Notes: generated from the letters alone by a model not told the origin. DNA of 63,135 nucleotides, filler included, from Reticulomyxa filosa (GCA_000512085.1; 19 parts of 19 records of this genome joined end to end with filler, not necessarily neighbours in it), one strand, 5' to 3'; positions 1 through 12,452 are shown, counted from the whole stretch's first letter. Numbers and translations: made by a program.

Positions 1-44
1 AAGGTAGCATTTTAGGTGTTCAGTTTTTTTTGCAACATACTGTA
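1..44 (-). mobile_element. Terminal inverted repeat of a Tc1/mariner-like DNA transposon or MITE (partial)
   Basis: Reverse complement reads TA-CAGTATGTTGCAAAAAAAACTGAACACCTAAAATGCTACCTT. It differs by one base from 32522-32565. TA followed by CAGT is the typical Tc1/mariner terminus. Confidence 0.65.
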
Positions 45-453
45 GAATATCTAAGGTATTATCTATATTTTATCGTCTGTGTTATTCCTTTATCTAAATA
101 AAAAATGAATTCGTTAAAGTGATATTTGTTATTTGTATGAATTCTGACAATTATTATCCAACCATTGAGGTTTCTTCATTGATACAAATATCTAATTCAT
201 TATTTTCACAATGTATGTTTATATGTAAATACTTGTTTATTTAATTCTTTTATATTACAAATGATATCACAATTTTTTTCATTTGAGACAACACTATCAC
301 CATTGTTATCGTCACAGTTTTCAATTGGCTTTGAACTGACTATGTTGATCTTGTATTCTTTTGCTTTGCGCTGCACTTTTATTGCTTTTTTTTTCAAACA
401 ACATTTGTCGTCATCACTACTTGTTCTTTGTTTCTTTTTTTGTTCTTTTTCTT

Positions 454-2341
454 CGTGGTAGGCTATACTGGTGGATTGATAGTTTCCTGTCGGAAAGAAA
501 AGGACATGTTGTCATAAACGGGACCAGTTCATCAATATATAATTTCAACACTGGAGTACCTCAAGGGTCATCATTGTCCCCATTATTGTTTCTGCTGTAC
601 ATTAATGATATATCATATGAGGTCCATGAACCAATTCAATCAATGTGGGATGTTTGCAGACGACATAGCGCTGTGGACATCAATTTATACGTCAAACATG
701 ACAGAAATGAACCATCAACTGCAATTACTTCAACAAAGCCTTGATAGGATTTCATTATGGGCATCAAAATGGAAGCTGGTATTATCTTCAGAAAAATCAC
801 AATGCATTACTTTTCGTAATAAAAATAAAAGAAAGTATCCTGCAATATCCCTTCGTCTTAAGGATGCAAAAATATTAGAAACAAATAAAGTAAAGTACTT
901 AGGATTAATAATGGACTCAAACCTAACGTATAAAGAACATGTAAATTATGTATATGGGAAAGCAGCAAGGAAGCTTGGATACTTAACATTCTTGTGTTCC
1001 TATAAAGGTATTAGACCTAGATTGGATGTTTACAATTTACTGTATAAAACAATAATTAGACCAAATCTAGAATATGCATGCGCGTTCTGGAATGATGCAG
1101 CTAAATCATATACCAAAAAGTTGCAAAAAATTCAGATAGTTGCAATATGCAGAATTTTAGGGTTAATGCAAAACAGTGCATATGATACTGTCAATATTAT
1201 ATCTCAAATTCCTCCTTTAGAGTTAAGGAGACAACAGGAAGAAGTTAAAATATTTCAAAGATGTGAAAGGTTCATGGAAAACTTCCCAAAACATAATCTC
1301 AGTCAAGCTTATCAATTATGGAAGAAGAACCATCAATTTAAGCAAGGTGAATACTTTTGTTGGTTAGGAAAATTATCAACATTATCACGTGCATGCATTA
1401 ATATAGAATTAGCTACTTTACATGGAATTAATGTTAAAAATAATCCGAAACAAGTACAAGTAATACCAACGAATTGTCCAAAATCTGTTACACATTCAAT
1501 TAAATCACCATTTGAAAGATGGGTTGAACCGACATCAAGCCAAATTTTAGCATCAATAGACGATACATGCGTTGTTATTTTTGCGGATGGTAGTACAATG
1601 CCCAACCCAGGTTTTGGAGGTGTTGGTTTGGTAATTCAAGACAATACCATGCCGAAATGGACAGAATTACAAATTCCGATCCAAGGTATTACCACAAGCA
1701 TTGGGAGTGAAATTGAGTCAATTAAAATTGCGTTAGAATACATATCAAAGTATTATCAAAACAAAAAATGCAGAGTAATTATCCTGAATGACTGTAAATT
1801 CGCAGTAAATACAATTACAAATAAATGGAGTGCTGATATGTATAAAAAACAAGTGGATACCTGTCAAAAAATAATGTTACAAATGGGACCCGAAAATATA
1901 CCAGAAATATATTGGATCAAAGGTCATTCGGGAATACCAGGAAATGAGAAAGCGGACGACATGGCAAAAAAAGCAAGAAAAACTGCTCAAAATAATCAGC
2001 CAGAATTATATCAAAAACCTGATAAAAGCGCATCATTCTTGAATGCAGATGGTTTGGATCCATATTTCACACTTGTATGGAACAGACATTGGACAAATGA
2101 AGGCAATGAAAATCATCCACATGATCATTCAAAAAAATTTATACGTAATCTTATTGATGCGCAATCCTTTGAAAAGATTGTGTTAAATCAGTTAGAAGTA
2201 CATGAAAGAAGAATCACATGCAGAATTATTACAGGTAAAGTAGGGCTAAACTATTACCTCCATAAAATAAACCCTGTACAAGCGCCAGAATGTGATTGGT
2301 GCATAAATGAACCCGAAACTGTGGATCATTTCTTGATGAAG
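454..2341 (+). mobile_element. 5'-truncated non-LTR retrotransposon (LINE): reverse transcriptase + RNase H + C-terminal CCHC knuckle; frameshifted
   Basis: RT motifs WIDSFLSER, GVPQGSSLSPLLFLLYIND, FADD, KYLGL and IRPNLEYA. RNase H residues in FADGS, SEIESI, NDCK and WIKGHSGIPGNEKAD. CDWC..ETVDHFL knuckle at the contig end. Frameshift at 637-644. Confidence 0.93.
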
Positions 2342-2441
2342 NNNNNNNNNNNNNNNNNNNNNNNNNNNNNNNNNNNNNNNNNNNNTTAATTAATTAANNN
2401 NNNNNNNNNNNNNNNNNNNNNNNNNNNNNNNNNNNNNNNNN
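2342..2441. other. Artificial contig-joining spacer N44-TTAATTAATTAA-N44 (first of 18; others start at 3652, 5672, 6790, 10076, 16382, 21734, 24746, 31341, 32690, 34226, 37161, 39830, 42064, 53849, 55321, 56701, 61880)
   Basis: Identical 100-nt blocks. The 12-mer puts stop codons in all six frames. Confidence 0.98.
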
Positions 2442-3002
2442 GTGTTGAAAGAATATCTGCACTTGACTGCCACCGCGGTGAAAATAAAATACCCGAAAGT
2501 AAATGTGGAGTCGGACGAACTGATCCGCAAAGTGCAATTCGAACCTTTTTATAACTACTTTGAACGCATGACTCAGATCATGCAGGCCGAAGAAGCAAAG
2601 GCCAAAAAGATTGCCAAGTCTAATGCCACCACGCCACAGGCACCCAGCACTTATGAGTCGTTTTTCGACAGGGTCAAACAGAAGATGTTCGGCTTTGTTC
2701 AGATGCCTACTCCGTCACCCACGTCACCTCCTGATCCATCTCAAAATCCTCTTTCTCCTTCGTCTGAGAGTTTTGTAAATAATAATACACATTTATATAA
2801 TTTCGTTTTTTTTTTTACATTTTCATTTGCTCATATTTGTTTCTCTGCAGAGAATACACAAACATTGCGTGACGCTCGTAACATTCGAAGGAAAGTTCCT
2901 GACAATAAGCCTGTCAACAAAAACCAAAACGAAACGCAAACGCCTTTGCATGATCAATCTTTCCGCGCTGTCTCGCCTGCTCCACCTGTTGAAGAGCTCT
3001 AA
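2442..3002 (+). CDS. 3' part of a hypothetical protein (Pro/Ser-rich tail; probable in-frame intron about 2775-2852)
   Basis: Open frame from the contig edge with coding-like GC content and a T-rich GT..AG insert. No family recognised. Confidence 0.55.
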   Translation: MLKEYLHLTATAVKIKYPKVNVESDELIRKVQFEPFYNYFERMTQIMQAEEAKAKKIAKSNATTPQAPSTYESFFDRVKQKMFGFVQMPTPSPTSPPDPSQNPLSPSSESFVNNNTHLYNFVFFFTFSFAHICFSAENTQTLRDARNIRRKVPDNKPVNKNQNETQTPLHDQSFRAVSPAPPVEEL

Positions 3003-5002
3003 CAAAATACCATCCTTTTTTTTTTCAAGCCTATCCCTTTTTTTTTTTTCCACTACGTTTTTCCGGTTTTTTTGTGTGACCTTTACTCATAACCGATTAC
3101 TAAATAAATTACAGACTTGTGAAAAAAAAGTCGTGTTTTTGTATGTTTTTTTTTTATTAAAACTTTGACTAGCATCTTGTAAAGAAAAATCGCGTGTCAA
3201 AAAAATGTCTCTTTTTTCAGCATATCGTTCCAAGAAATTTTTTAAAGATTTTGTCAAAAGTGTTGATCGAAATATGAAGACTCAATTCAACCAGAAAAAA
3301 GGCATTTGAAAAACTTGCGGGAAAAAAGAAATTAAAAAATATTTATTTGGTGAGATGCGTCATAAAACAATTAAACAAAAAAGTGAAAAAAAAACAAAAT
3401 CAAACAAAATAAAAAACATTCACACTAGAAATGAGGTGTTTATTTCTCAATTTTTTTTATTTTATTTTAAAAACACCAGATCAAACGTGTGTCAGTCCCC
3501 CAAAAATAGGGACAAACAAAAAAAAAATGTCATTAACATAATCACAAGCCAAAAACAATTTGGGCAGCAAACCAATGAGAGAAAAAAAAGCTAAACATCT
3601 TACAGACAACTCCATGTTTCATTCGCTTTATTCTCAATATAATAAAACACANNNNNNNNNNNNNNNNNNNNNNNNNNNNNNNNNNNNNNNNNNNNTTAAT
3701 TAATTAANNNNNNNNNNNNNNNNNNNNNNNNNNNNNNNNNNNNNNNNNNNNTAAACAAGACGTAGATTCACAATTCATAAATATCTATTAAAAAAATGTA
3801 AATTTGAAATTTTTTGGAATATTTTGGTATTTTTGACAAAACAATTTGAAAAAATAATTGTTCAAATTTTTGTATATTATTTCATTTTTGGTTTTATATT
3901 TGTGATTTTAAAACAGATAACTGAAATTAAAATTGTTTTTTTAGGAATAAATCATCACTTTTTCTTGAGTAATGGCTTTTCTCTCCAGAGGAAAAGTGTT
4001 CCCTTTTTAGAAAAAGTTCTCTTCGACGTTATAAATGTGGTTTTGGCTTTTCTCTTCAAACAACCTAACAAGCCAAAAGTATTCAACATGGAGCTCGCTT
4101 CTCGAGGATTCCTTCACCAATGTACTCCTCTGCAAAACTTTAACAGTTGCCGAAAAAGAATAGAGTTGTGTAAACCCAAGACACCAAAAATAAACATTAT
4201 TTGAAAAAAAGGTGCTATCATCGAGGTCCAAACAAATACGTTTTTCTATGTGGTCTCTCCTGACATTGGCAATATTCAGGTTGACGCTGTGTATCTTCAA
4301 AATCAAAGCGAGGATATCATTTTTTTTGTTGTTTGTTCCGAAAGTGCATAATACTGAAATTCATAAATAAATAAAAAAAATCAGATATTCGATTATATGC
4401 CCCTTTTCACAGTCAGAACAAATGTTACAATACCACCTTTTCTTAATCGATCGAGATTGATGGTGTATAATATTCAGTGTGTAGAATTACAAAGAATGAC
4501 CACAACAGTGGGATCAATTGTTGCATAAAGCTTCTCAATATTAGTGAACGCTTTAGCCTTTTTTTTTGTATTGTGGGACTTGTTTACGTAAAACTTTTTT
4601 TATTATTACATTCAATCTGTTTAACATTGTCATGTTTTTATCACTTTATTGTGACCAAACAAGCTAAAACCCATTTCAAAACTAATATTTCAATGTTGAC
4701 TATTTGAACACTACTATCTTATAAAATAGGATTCTGAAAAAAGCATAACAAAGTTAGACATGATTCAGTTTGGAGTGAAGTTGAAAAGTTCCTCTTTTTT
4801 TCGAAATTATCATCAATGGGAAAAAGGTCTGGGATCGCATTAACAAACACAATTTTTTTTTTTTGCATAAATAATGAAAAAATAGTCGCAAAGGGGGAAA
4901 CAACGTATACAATAACCTTCAACACATTTTTTTTTTTAAGCTCTGACTCTTATCAAGAAGATAAAATTAAAAAAAAAGGACTCTCCCATAGAATCTCCAA
5001 CA

Positions 5003-5518
5003 ATGGAAAAAAATAAACTTGATGAACGTCGAAAAAGTTTAAAGTCAAGATCCTCCAAAGCAGATTTGACGAAAAAAGGGCTCCTCGAAAAGAAAGACAT
5101 GGCACCACAATTGCGGTCAGTAGTGGACACGCTACAGCAACGGTTGAGTACGCGTCGAGACCGCAGCATACTCCAAGCGAGAGGTATCTTGAAACTGACA
5201 ACGATAACAGAGTCTGAAAACTGTGCGCAGCTGAATGAACAGAATGAAGACAGTATTGCAACAAAGAGACACTACGAACCAATCACTTCACATATTTTTT
5301 AAATGAATTTGTAAACAAAGACGTATTGGATCAAATCGCAAAAGGCTATTTCACCACTCACAATCATCGACTTCACCGACTTTAACGATGGCACATCTGT
5401 AGACAACAATGATGTGAACGAGCTATCGATGATCTTGCAAGTGCAAGATTGTACAAGAAATCACAATAATGGCATTACTCGTGACTATGTCGTCGGTGAT
5501 AGAGTTGAATTAATTAAG
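5003..5518 (+). pseudogene. RPEL-like repeat protein followed by the probable start of a CAP-Gly domain; frameshifted or partial
   Basis: LKSRSSKADLTKKGLL and LQQRLSTRRDRSILQARGIL resemble RPEL motifs. DYVVGDRVELIK before a GT donor resembles a CAP-Gly N-terminus. The frame changes at about 5270-5350. Confidence 0.45.
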
Positions 5519-5819
5519 GTAATTTTTTTTTTTTTAAATTTTATTTTAAACATACGTACATATTATGTATACATAATGTACATAAACACATGCCTATGTT
5601 ATATTGTAATCCCTTTTTTTTTTTTTTTTCCAGTTTTTATTTGTTGAATTGCATGTCGATTTTTAACAGCTNNNNNNNNNNNNNNNNNNNNNNNNNNNNN
5701 NNNNNNNNNNNNNNNTTAATTAATTAANNNNNNNNNNNNNNNNNNNNNNNNNNNNNNNNNNNNNNNNNNNNATATACATATATACATATACATATATATG
5801 TATATAAGAATATTGTATA

Positions 5820-6746
5820 ACAGTGTGTCGCAAAATCGAATGAAGAGCTCAAAGTGTGACTCTGTGAGAAGATGGAGCCAGTCTTCTTTTGAGTGTTGGC
5901 TGTCGGACAGGTAGTGCAGCAGTTCAAACCATTCGCGTTGGAGGGAGTGTATTTGTTTGGTGGACAAGGCATACTCGCTCACGTCAATGGGCAAGACGAT
6001 TCCCGTTTGAATCTAAGTTGTCCGTATATATGACAAAGTGTCAAGCATAGGCATTTTTGCATGGCACAAAGAAGTACACGAGGAAACAAGAAAGAGGAGA
6101 AGGAGAAAGGAAACCGGAGTGATCAAACTATCCTTAACAGAAAAGTAGAGAGAAACAAAACGGCGGAATAGTCAAGAGTGCGATCATGGATTTGTTGTAA
6201 GGTGACAACAATGGTGTCGATTTTGGCAAGAATGAGTCGAATGACCTCTAACCATGGGAGCGTGGCATTATCGACATTTGTCTTTTCGTCTTGTTGGATA
6301 AGCTCTTGGGTATCCAAGACATTTTGTTTCAGTTTCTTCAGTTCCGATATTAGCTCCGTGATTTTGTAGTGCTTGCAGCCATCACCATTACCATTACCAT
6401 CACTATCATCCTTTGCATAACCCCGCCATTTCAAGATGGTGAACAGTCCGTCCAAACACAGTAGCAATCCTTTGCTCGTCGGATCGCAACTTTGGAAACT
6501 TCTTGTGTAAATATCGATCAACTCTTTCACTTCGCTCGCCAAAAAAAACCCATCCAAATCCCATTGTACCACGCTGCTGCCAAAGTTTATCAGCAACCAT
6601 AGCGACTCGTCTTTGCTGCTATGAAAGTCCCACTCATTCAATAGCTTCACGTACTGTCCTGTGAAGCGTCGGAACCCTTCCAGCGCTATCGTCTTCTGCA
6701 AATGCTTCAAGTACTCTTTCACCTGGGACTTGCGACTGCGTCCCAC
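5820..6746 (-). CDS. Internal exons of a hypothetical helical protein
   Basis: 207-aa ORF at 6123-6746 plus a downstream exon at about 5820-6050, with coding-like composition between AT-rich introns. Confidence 0.55.
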
Positions 6747-6889
6747 AAAATATTACCTTTTTTATATTATTATTATTTTTTTTTTTTTTNNNNNNNNNNN
6801 NNNNNNNNNNNNNNNNNNNNNNNNNNNNNNNNNTTAATTAATTAANNNNNNNNNNNNNNNNNNNNNNNNNNNNNNNNNNNNNNNNNNNN

Positions 6890-9003
6890 GAAGAAGAAGA
6901 AGAAGAATTGTGATTGGAAGAAACAGAAAAGAGATTATATCCATGATAATGTGTATACATGCTAGTGGTGTCATTGGTGACAATGGCATGTCCCCATGTG
7001 ACATTAGCTCGTGTCGGAAAAGGATCATTGGAAGACACAATGGTGGCAATACAAAAAGGGATAACAGGTAGAATAGGCGTGGGTGCTGCTGTCGGACTTG
7101 ACGTCGGTCTGGGCGTATACACTTGACAGACTGTGTATGCGCTGGTGTATAGCATGCCGTCGACGTCGATGACGGTGCGCACGTATACGCCGTTGACGAG
7201 CCAAGGGTTATCGATATACGCATCGGTTCGCAGCGGCGTGGTATCGGTGATAACCTGACTGCGATCGGTGGCATACCACATCACTTCTACAAATGCAAGA
7301 TATTGACTGTGACGGCGTCCCAATACACATAGCCTTGCGTGGCATCCAAGGCGGGGATATTGATGACATTGACGGAACAATTGGTTGGATAGTCCAAGTG
7401 AATGCAACTGCAACTGCCATAGAGCGCAAAGAAATGATCATGACTGGAACATATGCATTGAGCTCCTGAGTCACTCACATTGGCATAATCATCTCCATTG
7501 GCTCGACAGCTGGACAACGTGCAAGGCTCGTCACATATGGAAATAGGCTTATCTCCGGGCGTACCGTACACACTGCAGCTCGGCTGCCAACAGTAGCCAT
7601 ACTTGCTTGAACAGTGCGTAATGTCGGTGACTTCGTAGGAGTGACCTTGCGACGCAATGGGCCACGTCGACTCGTATGGACCTTGTCCATATGTCACATC
7701 GAACAGCTGCAGACTCACTGACATGTCCAATGCATTTTGAGTCCAATATGTCATATTCGCCGCATTCGTCTCATCGAACCAACATCCTTGATTCGTGTAG
7801 CTATTGTTGCTGCGACATCCAACGTAAATGCTCTCATCACACAAGTGTGATGTCATGTTGCACACACACTCGAAGCACTCGGGAGTCGTCAGCGCGTCGT
7901 AGTCAAACAACACCAAATACTGTAGCGAGTTCCATTCGTACTGCGTGCCCCAAGGCATGTAGTAGATATCATTCACACTAATGAGCCCGTTCACTAGTCC
8001 TGTCAATGTGATCAGTTCTTTGGACAGGTCCAATGGAATACCGTGATTATATAACTCCACAAATCGCACATTGCTACTTTCTCGATGTTGTTGTTCTCCA
8101 TTAGTATTATTATTAGTGGTATTGATGTTTGTTACTTCAGCCATTGGCTTAATCTCACTTAGCCACACTTGATAGTTGTTCGGACACAACAACACGTCCA
8201 ATTGATCGCGGATCAGTCGCGTGTCCTGCGGATGCGTGCTGTTGACTGGGATCAGTCGCTCACTGTCATAGTTTACCAGACATCCAATCTTTTGTGTCGA
8301 CCAATCGCTCCCCACTCCGACAATCAGTCGGTCGATCTTCTCTTGGTCCAACATGGGCACCAGTGGACATGGGTCTTGCGACTTGGGTACCGGGTTCCCG
8401 TCCGTTATCAATAGCATCAGTCGATCTCGTCCTTTTTTACTTGCTTGCGTTTTGAAGATGTTTAATGTTTCATTCATTGCGTCCTCTTTACATTAAGTTT
8501 AAGTTTAAGTTTAAGTTTAAGTTTAAGTTTTATATTAATATAATACGTACAAGTTAAAGTTAAAGTTCATTTTCCCCCCCCCCTTTTAAAAAAAAAAAAA
8601 AATTGGAACTCATGTGTGTGTATCCTCTTGTGTATGTCAGATTTTGAACGGCTTCCAAAATGAGCTGCCGATTTTGACTGTCTGTAAACGACCACTCTAT
8701 TGTTGCCAAGTCACTAAATTGGACGATCCCGATCGTGGAACTCGCCGGAATTGCCGTGGTTATCAACGATATTACAAACTCTTTTTCGTCGTGCCAACCG
8801 AGGTCTCCCAAACTACCGCTGCTGTCCATTACTATCACAATGTCCGTGCCGATCAGTGATGCGCACACACAACTGTTATTGCGCCACTCACAGTAATGGT
8901 TACTCGAGTCCTGACATGAATCGCTGTCGTTGAAATTTAGACAGGACTGACCATCACTTTGTCTTAACAGTCCTATCAATACTTTTTTTTTTTTCAGAGA
9001 CAA
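6890..9003 (-). CDS. Extracellular vWA (MIDAS) domain protein with Cys-rich and lamin-tail-like regions (multi-exon, partial)
   Basis: DIVIVMDSSGS MIDAS motif, GIVQFSD, GYTH, LLITDGNP. Then VWLSEIKPM..FVELYNHG..GTPGD (LTD-like) and Cys-rich segments. Intron at about 8490-8610. Confidence 0.8.
8494..8530. repeat. (TAAGTT)6 hexamer microsatellite in the vWA gene intron
   Basis: Read directly as tandem copies. Confidence 0.85.
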
Positions 9004-9418
9004 GGCTCTGCTTTGTCTTTGTTTGTGTAAACAGAAAGTCTAAATAGATTTACCCCAGAGGAATAGAAAAAGATGAGGTTTCCAAAAATCTAGCATTTTT
9101 GGCTATTCTTTATTTGTAGACTTGGTGCAATTTTAATGATGAAGTTCTAGATATTCTTATGTCGAAAAGTTCATGTTCGCTTGTAGTCGACACTTTATTA
9201 CACTTAATTCTAACAAATGGCATATAGTCTTGAAAAAGGTAAATCAAAAATGGAAAATATTTTAACTTTTTCAAAAATGCGCAACCAACAATCGAGAGGG
9301 GACACTGCGGCCAAGCAGTCGTGGGAAAAAAAAACCTCGAGATTATATTAACCTTTCTGCGAGAAAAAAAATAGTCACTTTGGTGTAAGGCAACTTTCGA
9401 TATTTCCTTTGATCCATC

Positions 9419-9982
9419 ATGTCCATAACAGAGTATAATGGAAGCGCAGTATTGGCCATGAAAGTTATTTTTTTGTTTGTAGTAAAACTCTGTTGAAACA
9501 AAGAAAACAAAGAAAATGATAGCAGTAATAAAAACACACAAATGCCACAAACTATAGGGCAAAGACTGTGTCGCAATAGCATGCGATCGTCGTTTTGGTG
9601 TGCAGCAGCAGACAGTATCATTAAAAAACAATCGAGTATATAAAATCCACGACAAGCTCTACATAGGAATAAGTGGCCTAATGACCGATGTGGAGACAGT
9701 GGCACAAATTTTGAAATTCCGACACGAGTTGTACCGATTGCGCGAACGACGCAACATGAGTCCGCGAACATTCACCAAAGTGGTGAGCAAACTGTTATAT
9801 TCCAAGCGATTTGGCCCTTACTTTGTTGAGCCCATTATCGTTGGAATCGAAGATGACCAAACACCCTTTGTCTCCACCATGGACTTGATCGGTGCTGCGA
9901 AATTTGTGATAATTTTGCATATGTCGGTACCACACAACAAGAGCTGTATGGCATCAGTGAAAATCTGTGGGATGAAAATATG
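9419..9982 (+). CDS. PSMB3: 20S proteasome subunit beta type-3 (partial; intron 9464-9557; 1-nt frameshift near 9900)
   Basis: MSITEYNGSAVLAMK|GKDCVAIACDRRFG..LYIGISGLMTDVET..LLYSKRFGPYFVEPIIVG..MDLIG, continuing in another frame as CDNFAYVGTTQQELYGISENLWDENM. Confidence 0.95.
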
Positions 9983-10175
9983 GTTATTCTTGCATAACTT
10001 TTTACTTTTTTTTTTTAGTCTTATCTTTAACCCCTTTTTTCAAAAAATTTTGCTGACTATGCAAAAAAAAAAAAANNNNNNNNNNNNNNNNNNNNNNNNN
10101 NNNNNNNNNNNNNNNNNNNTTAATTAATTAANNNNNNNNNNNNNNNNNNNNNNNNNNNNNNNNNNNNNNNNNNNN

Positions 10176-12452
10176 TCATTTGTTCTTTTGAAAAAGGCCA
10201 CAAATATATCATTGATGTTATGTTTTTTGAACCAATTAAAACGTGTTGAATATCTTCATCATTTAACACATGACTTCTACATGTTACTATTATTTTTGCA
10301 CTCCATTCATTTAAATTGAATCGATCATAAAAATATCTTTCATTATTAATATTATTATTTTTATCATATTTGTCGAATATTTCATCAAAACCATCCAAAA
10401 TAAATACAAATGAAATATTCTCACGAATAACGTCCATCGTCTCTTTATTGATTCCCTTCATTTGTAAAACTTGAGAAATGATTTGTTTTTCATTTAATTC
10501 GTTATAATATTTTGGTAATGAAATATAAACGGGGATGGATGTTGTAGAACCATTTACGTATGTTTCCCATAATATCTCTTCCAAGTGACGGCAAAATAAA
10601 CTTTTACCTGATCCTGATTTTCCTTGTAATATTATCACTTGTCGCTGTTGTTCATTTTTTTTCTCTTCATTTTCTTCTTTTAACGAATCAATAATATGTT
10701 GATGGCAATCATAGACGTCATTCTTTTTATTATCGTCATTATCAGTGTATGGATAATTATTTGCTTGCAATGGAATATATACTTCAATGGCTTGTGACAT
10801 TGTTGTATCTTCTTCCAATTCTTGTTTTCTTGATTCTTTTAATAATGATATAACATCAGCGCAACTTGCTGGATTCATTTCACCTATAATGTACTTCTTG
10901 AAATACTCAAATAAGATAACATAAATAGCTTTTCCTTTCATTTCTTTTGGATTAAATTTACAAAGTTGATCATAGACAAATTTAGTCAATTTCAATAAAA
11001 TATCATTTTTAGCATTGATTTTTTCTTTATTTATTTCTTTTAATTGTAGAGGTTTTAATATTTGAATTTCTGAATGTGGTTTGTAACGATTTGCAATTTT
11101 TTTAATCTCTTTTGCATTAATCCATTCACAAATTATATCATTGATCTTTGCCAATGTTTCATTACTTGCTTGTTTCAATTCCTCTTCCTTTGACGAATTA
11201 TTAGGTTTCCATGCTCGAATGTGTTCATAAAATAAATGACTTAAATTTGGATTTTCAATGACACTATATCCTTCCAATGTCGTAAAATTCTTCAATGTTG
11301 CTTGCATTTCAATATATACATCATATTTTGGGATATATAGTTTAATATTATGGAATCGATAATGTGTCTTTGATTGTTTATTGAAAAAGTTATTATCTTC
11401 AGATACAATTAAATTGAATTGTTCTGCTTTTTTCATCACTGCAACTGCTGTTTGTAATTTGGTTGGACTATCGCATAAAATGGTAAATCTTCCAATATCA
11501 AATGCTTGATTAAAATCACCAGCATAATCCGCTTGAATTTTTTCCAGTAATCTTTCGTTTCCTTTCAAGCTGAGTGGTTTCACAACTGTAATTTCATATT
11601 TTTTCAATTCTGTTACCAAATTCTTGATTTCAATACTATTCATTGCCTGTTCACTCCTTTCTCTCAAATCTTCAATACTCTTTGCATGTTGTCTAATGTT
11701 GTTTGCTTTCAATTCATAAGACAATCCAGATTTAATTGTATATGAACACTGATAGTTATTATCTTTCACAGATATTGAATCACCACTTGCACAAATCGAA
11801 TGTTCGGCATTGTAGAACATTGCTTTGACAATTAAATTGACAGTTTCTATTTTACAATCAGGACAGCTAAAAGCTGTCTTGTTTGAAATGAATGTAATAT
11901 TACCAAATCCAATATTAACCCATACTGGTAATTTGGCCTTTGATGCCAAACAGGTCTCGTTGTTGCAATAGCCCTGCAAATTAATTCCGGGCTTTGTTTC
12001 TCCAATTTCTGTTTTTTCCATTTCTCTTTGTACAATCTTGTTATCATCACCGCTTTCATTTGTTATTGTTATATTTCCTTGTTCTTGTTCCTATTCGTTA
12101 ACAAGAAAAAGCGCAACACAAATATTATTAAATAAATAAAATAACTTTGCATATTAACCTGCTCGATATTCTTCACTTCATTTGCTCCATTTTCTGCTTC
12201 TAATTTGTTCTTTTTCTTTTTTTTTTTTTTATACAAAGAAATACAAAGGGATATCTTTGATAAAAAGATAAACTGTTGTTATTTTGCTACCTCTTTTTCG
12301 ACCGATTGTTGAACAAGATCTTTGATCGCCAATTCGATATTTCCATCGTATTGCCCTATTTTTTGTTGTAACTCTTCTTCTTTGACTGCATTTCCAAATA
12401 GACGGACCAACGTTTTTATCTCTTTTACATATTTTCTAGCACTATCTTGCAT
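10176..12452 (-). CDS. NLR-like STAND protein: CUE/UBA-like + Cys Zn-binding domain + RelA/SpoT-like nucleotidyltransferase + NACHT NTPase (3' end truncated by the contig edge)
   Basis: Exons 12452-12291, about 12210-12159 and 12090-10176. Walker A GKSGSGKS (10600-10623), Walker B FILDGFDE, and IIVTCR. The synthetase-like motif series is LKGNERLLEK, DIGRF, HYRFHNI, EMQATL, HLFYEHIR. Confidence 0.85.

Noticed and set aside
3960-4560. Minus-strand ORF 4007-4306 and upstream fragments
   Set aside because: Coding-like but interrupted, with no recognisable motif.
8494-8530. (TAAGTT)n as telomeric repeat
   Set aside because: It is short, intronic and not G-rich, so an ordinary microsatellite.
9895-9910. 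Single-base frameshifts in conserved genes (PSMB3 near 9900, FYVE near 16080, RNB nuclease near 25045) as programmed frameshifting or RNA editing
   Set aside because: All fall in or beside short homopolymers with no shared slippery motif. Homopolymer sequencing error is the simpler explanation; raw reads would settle it.
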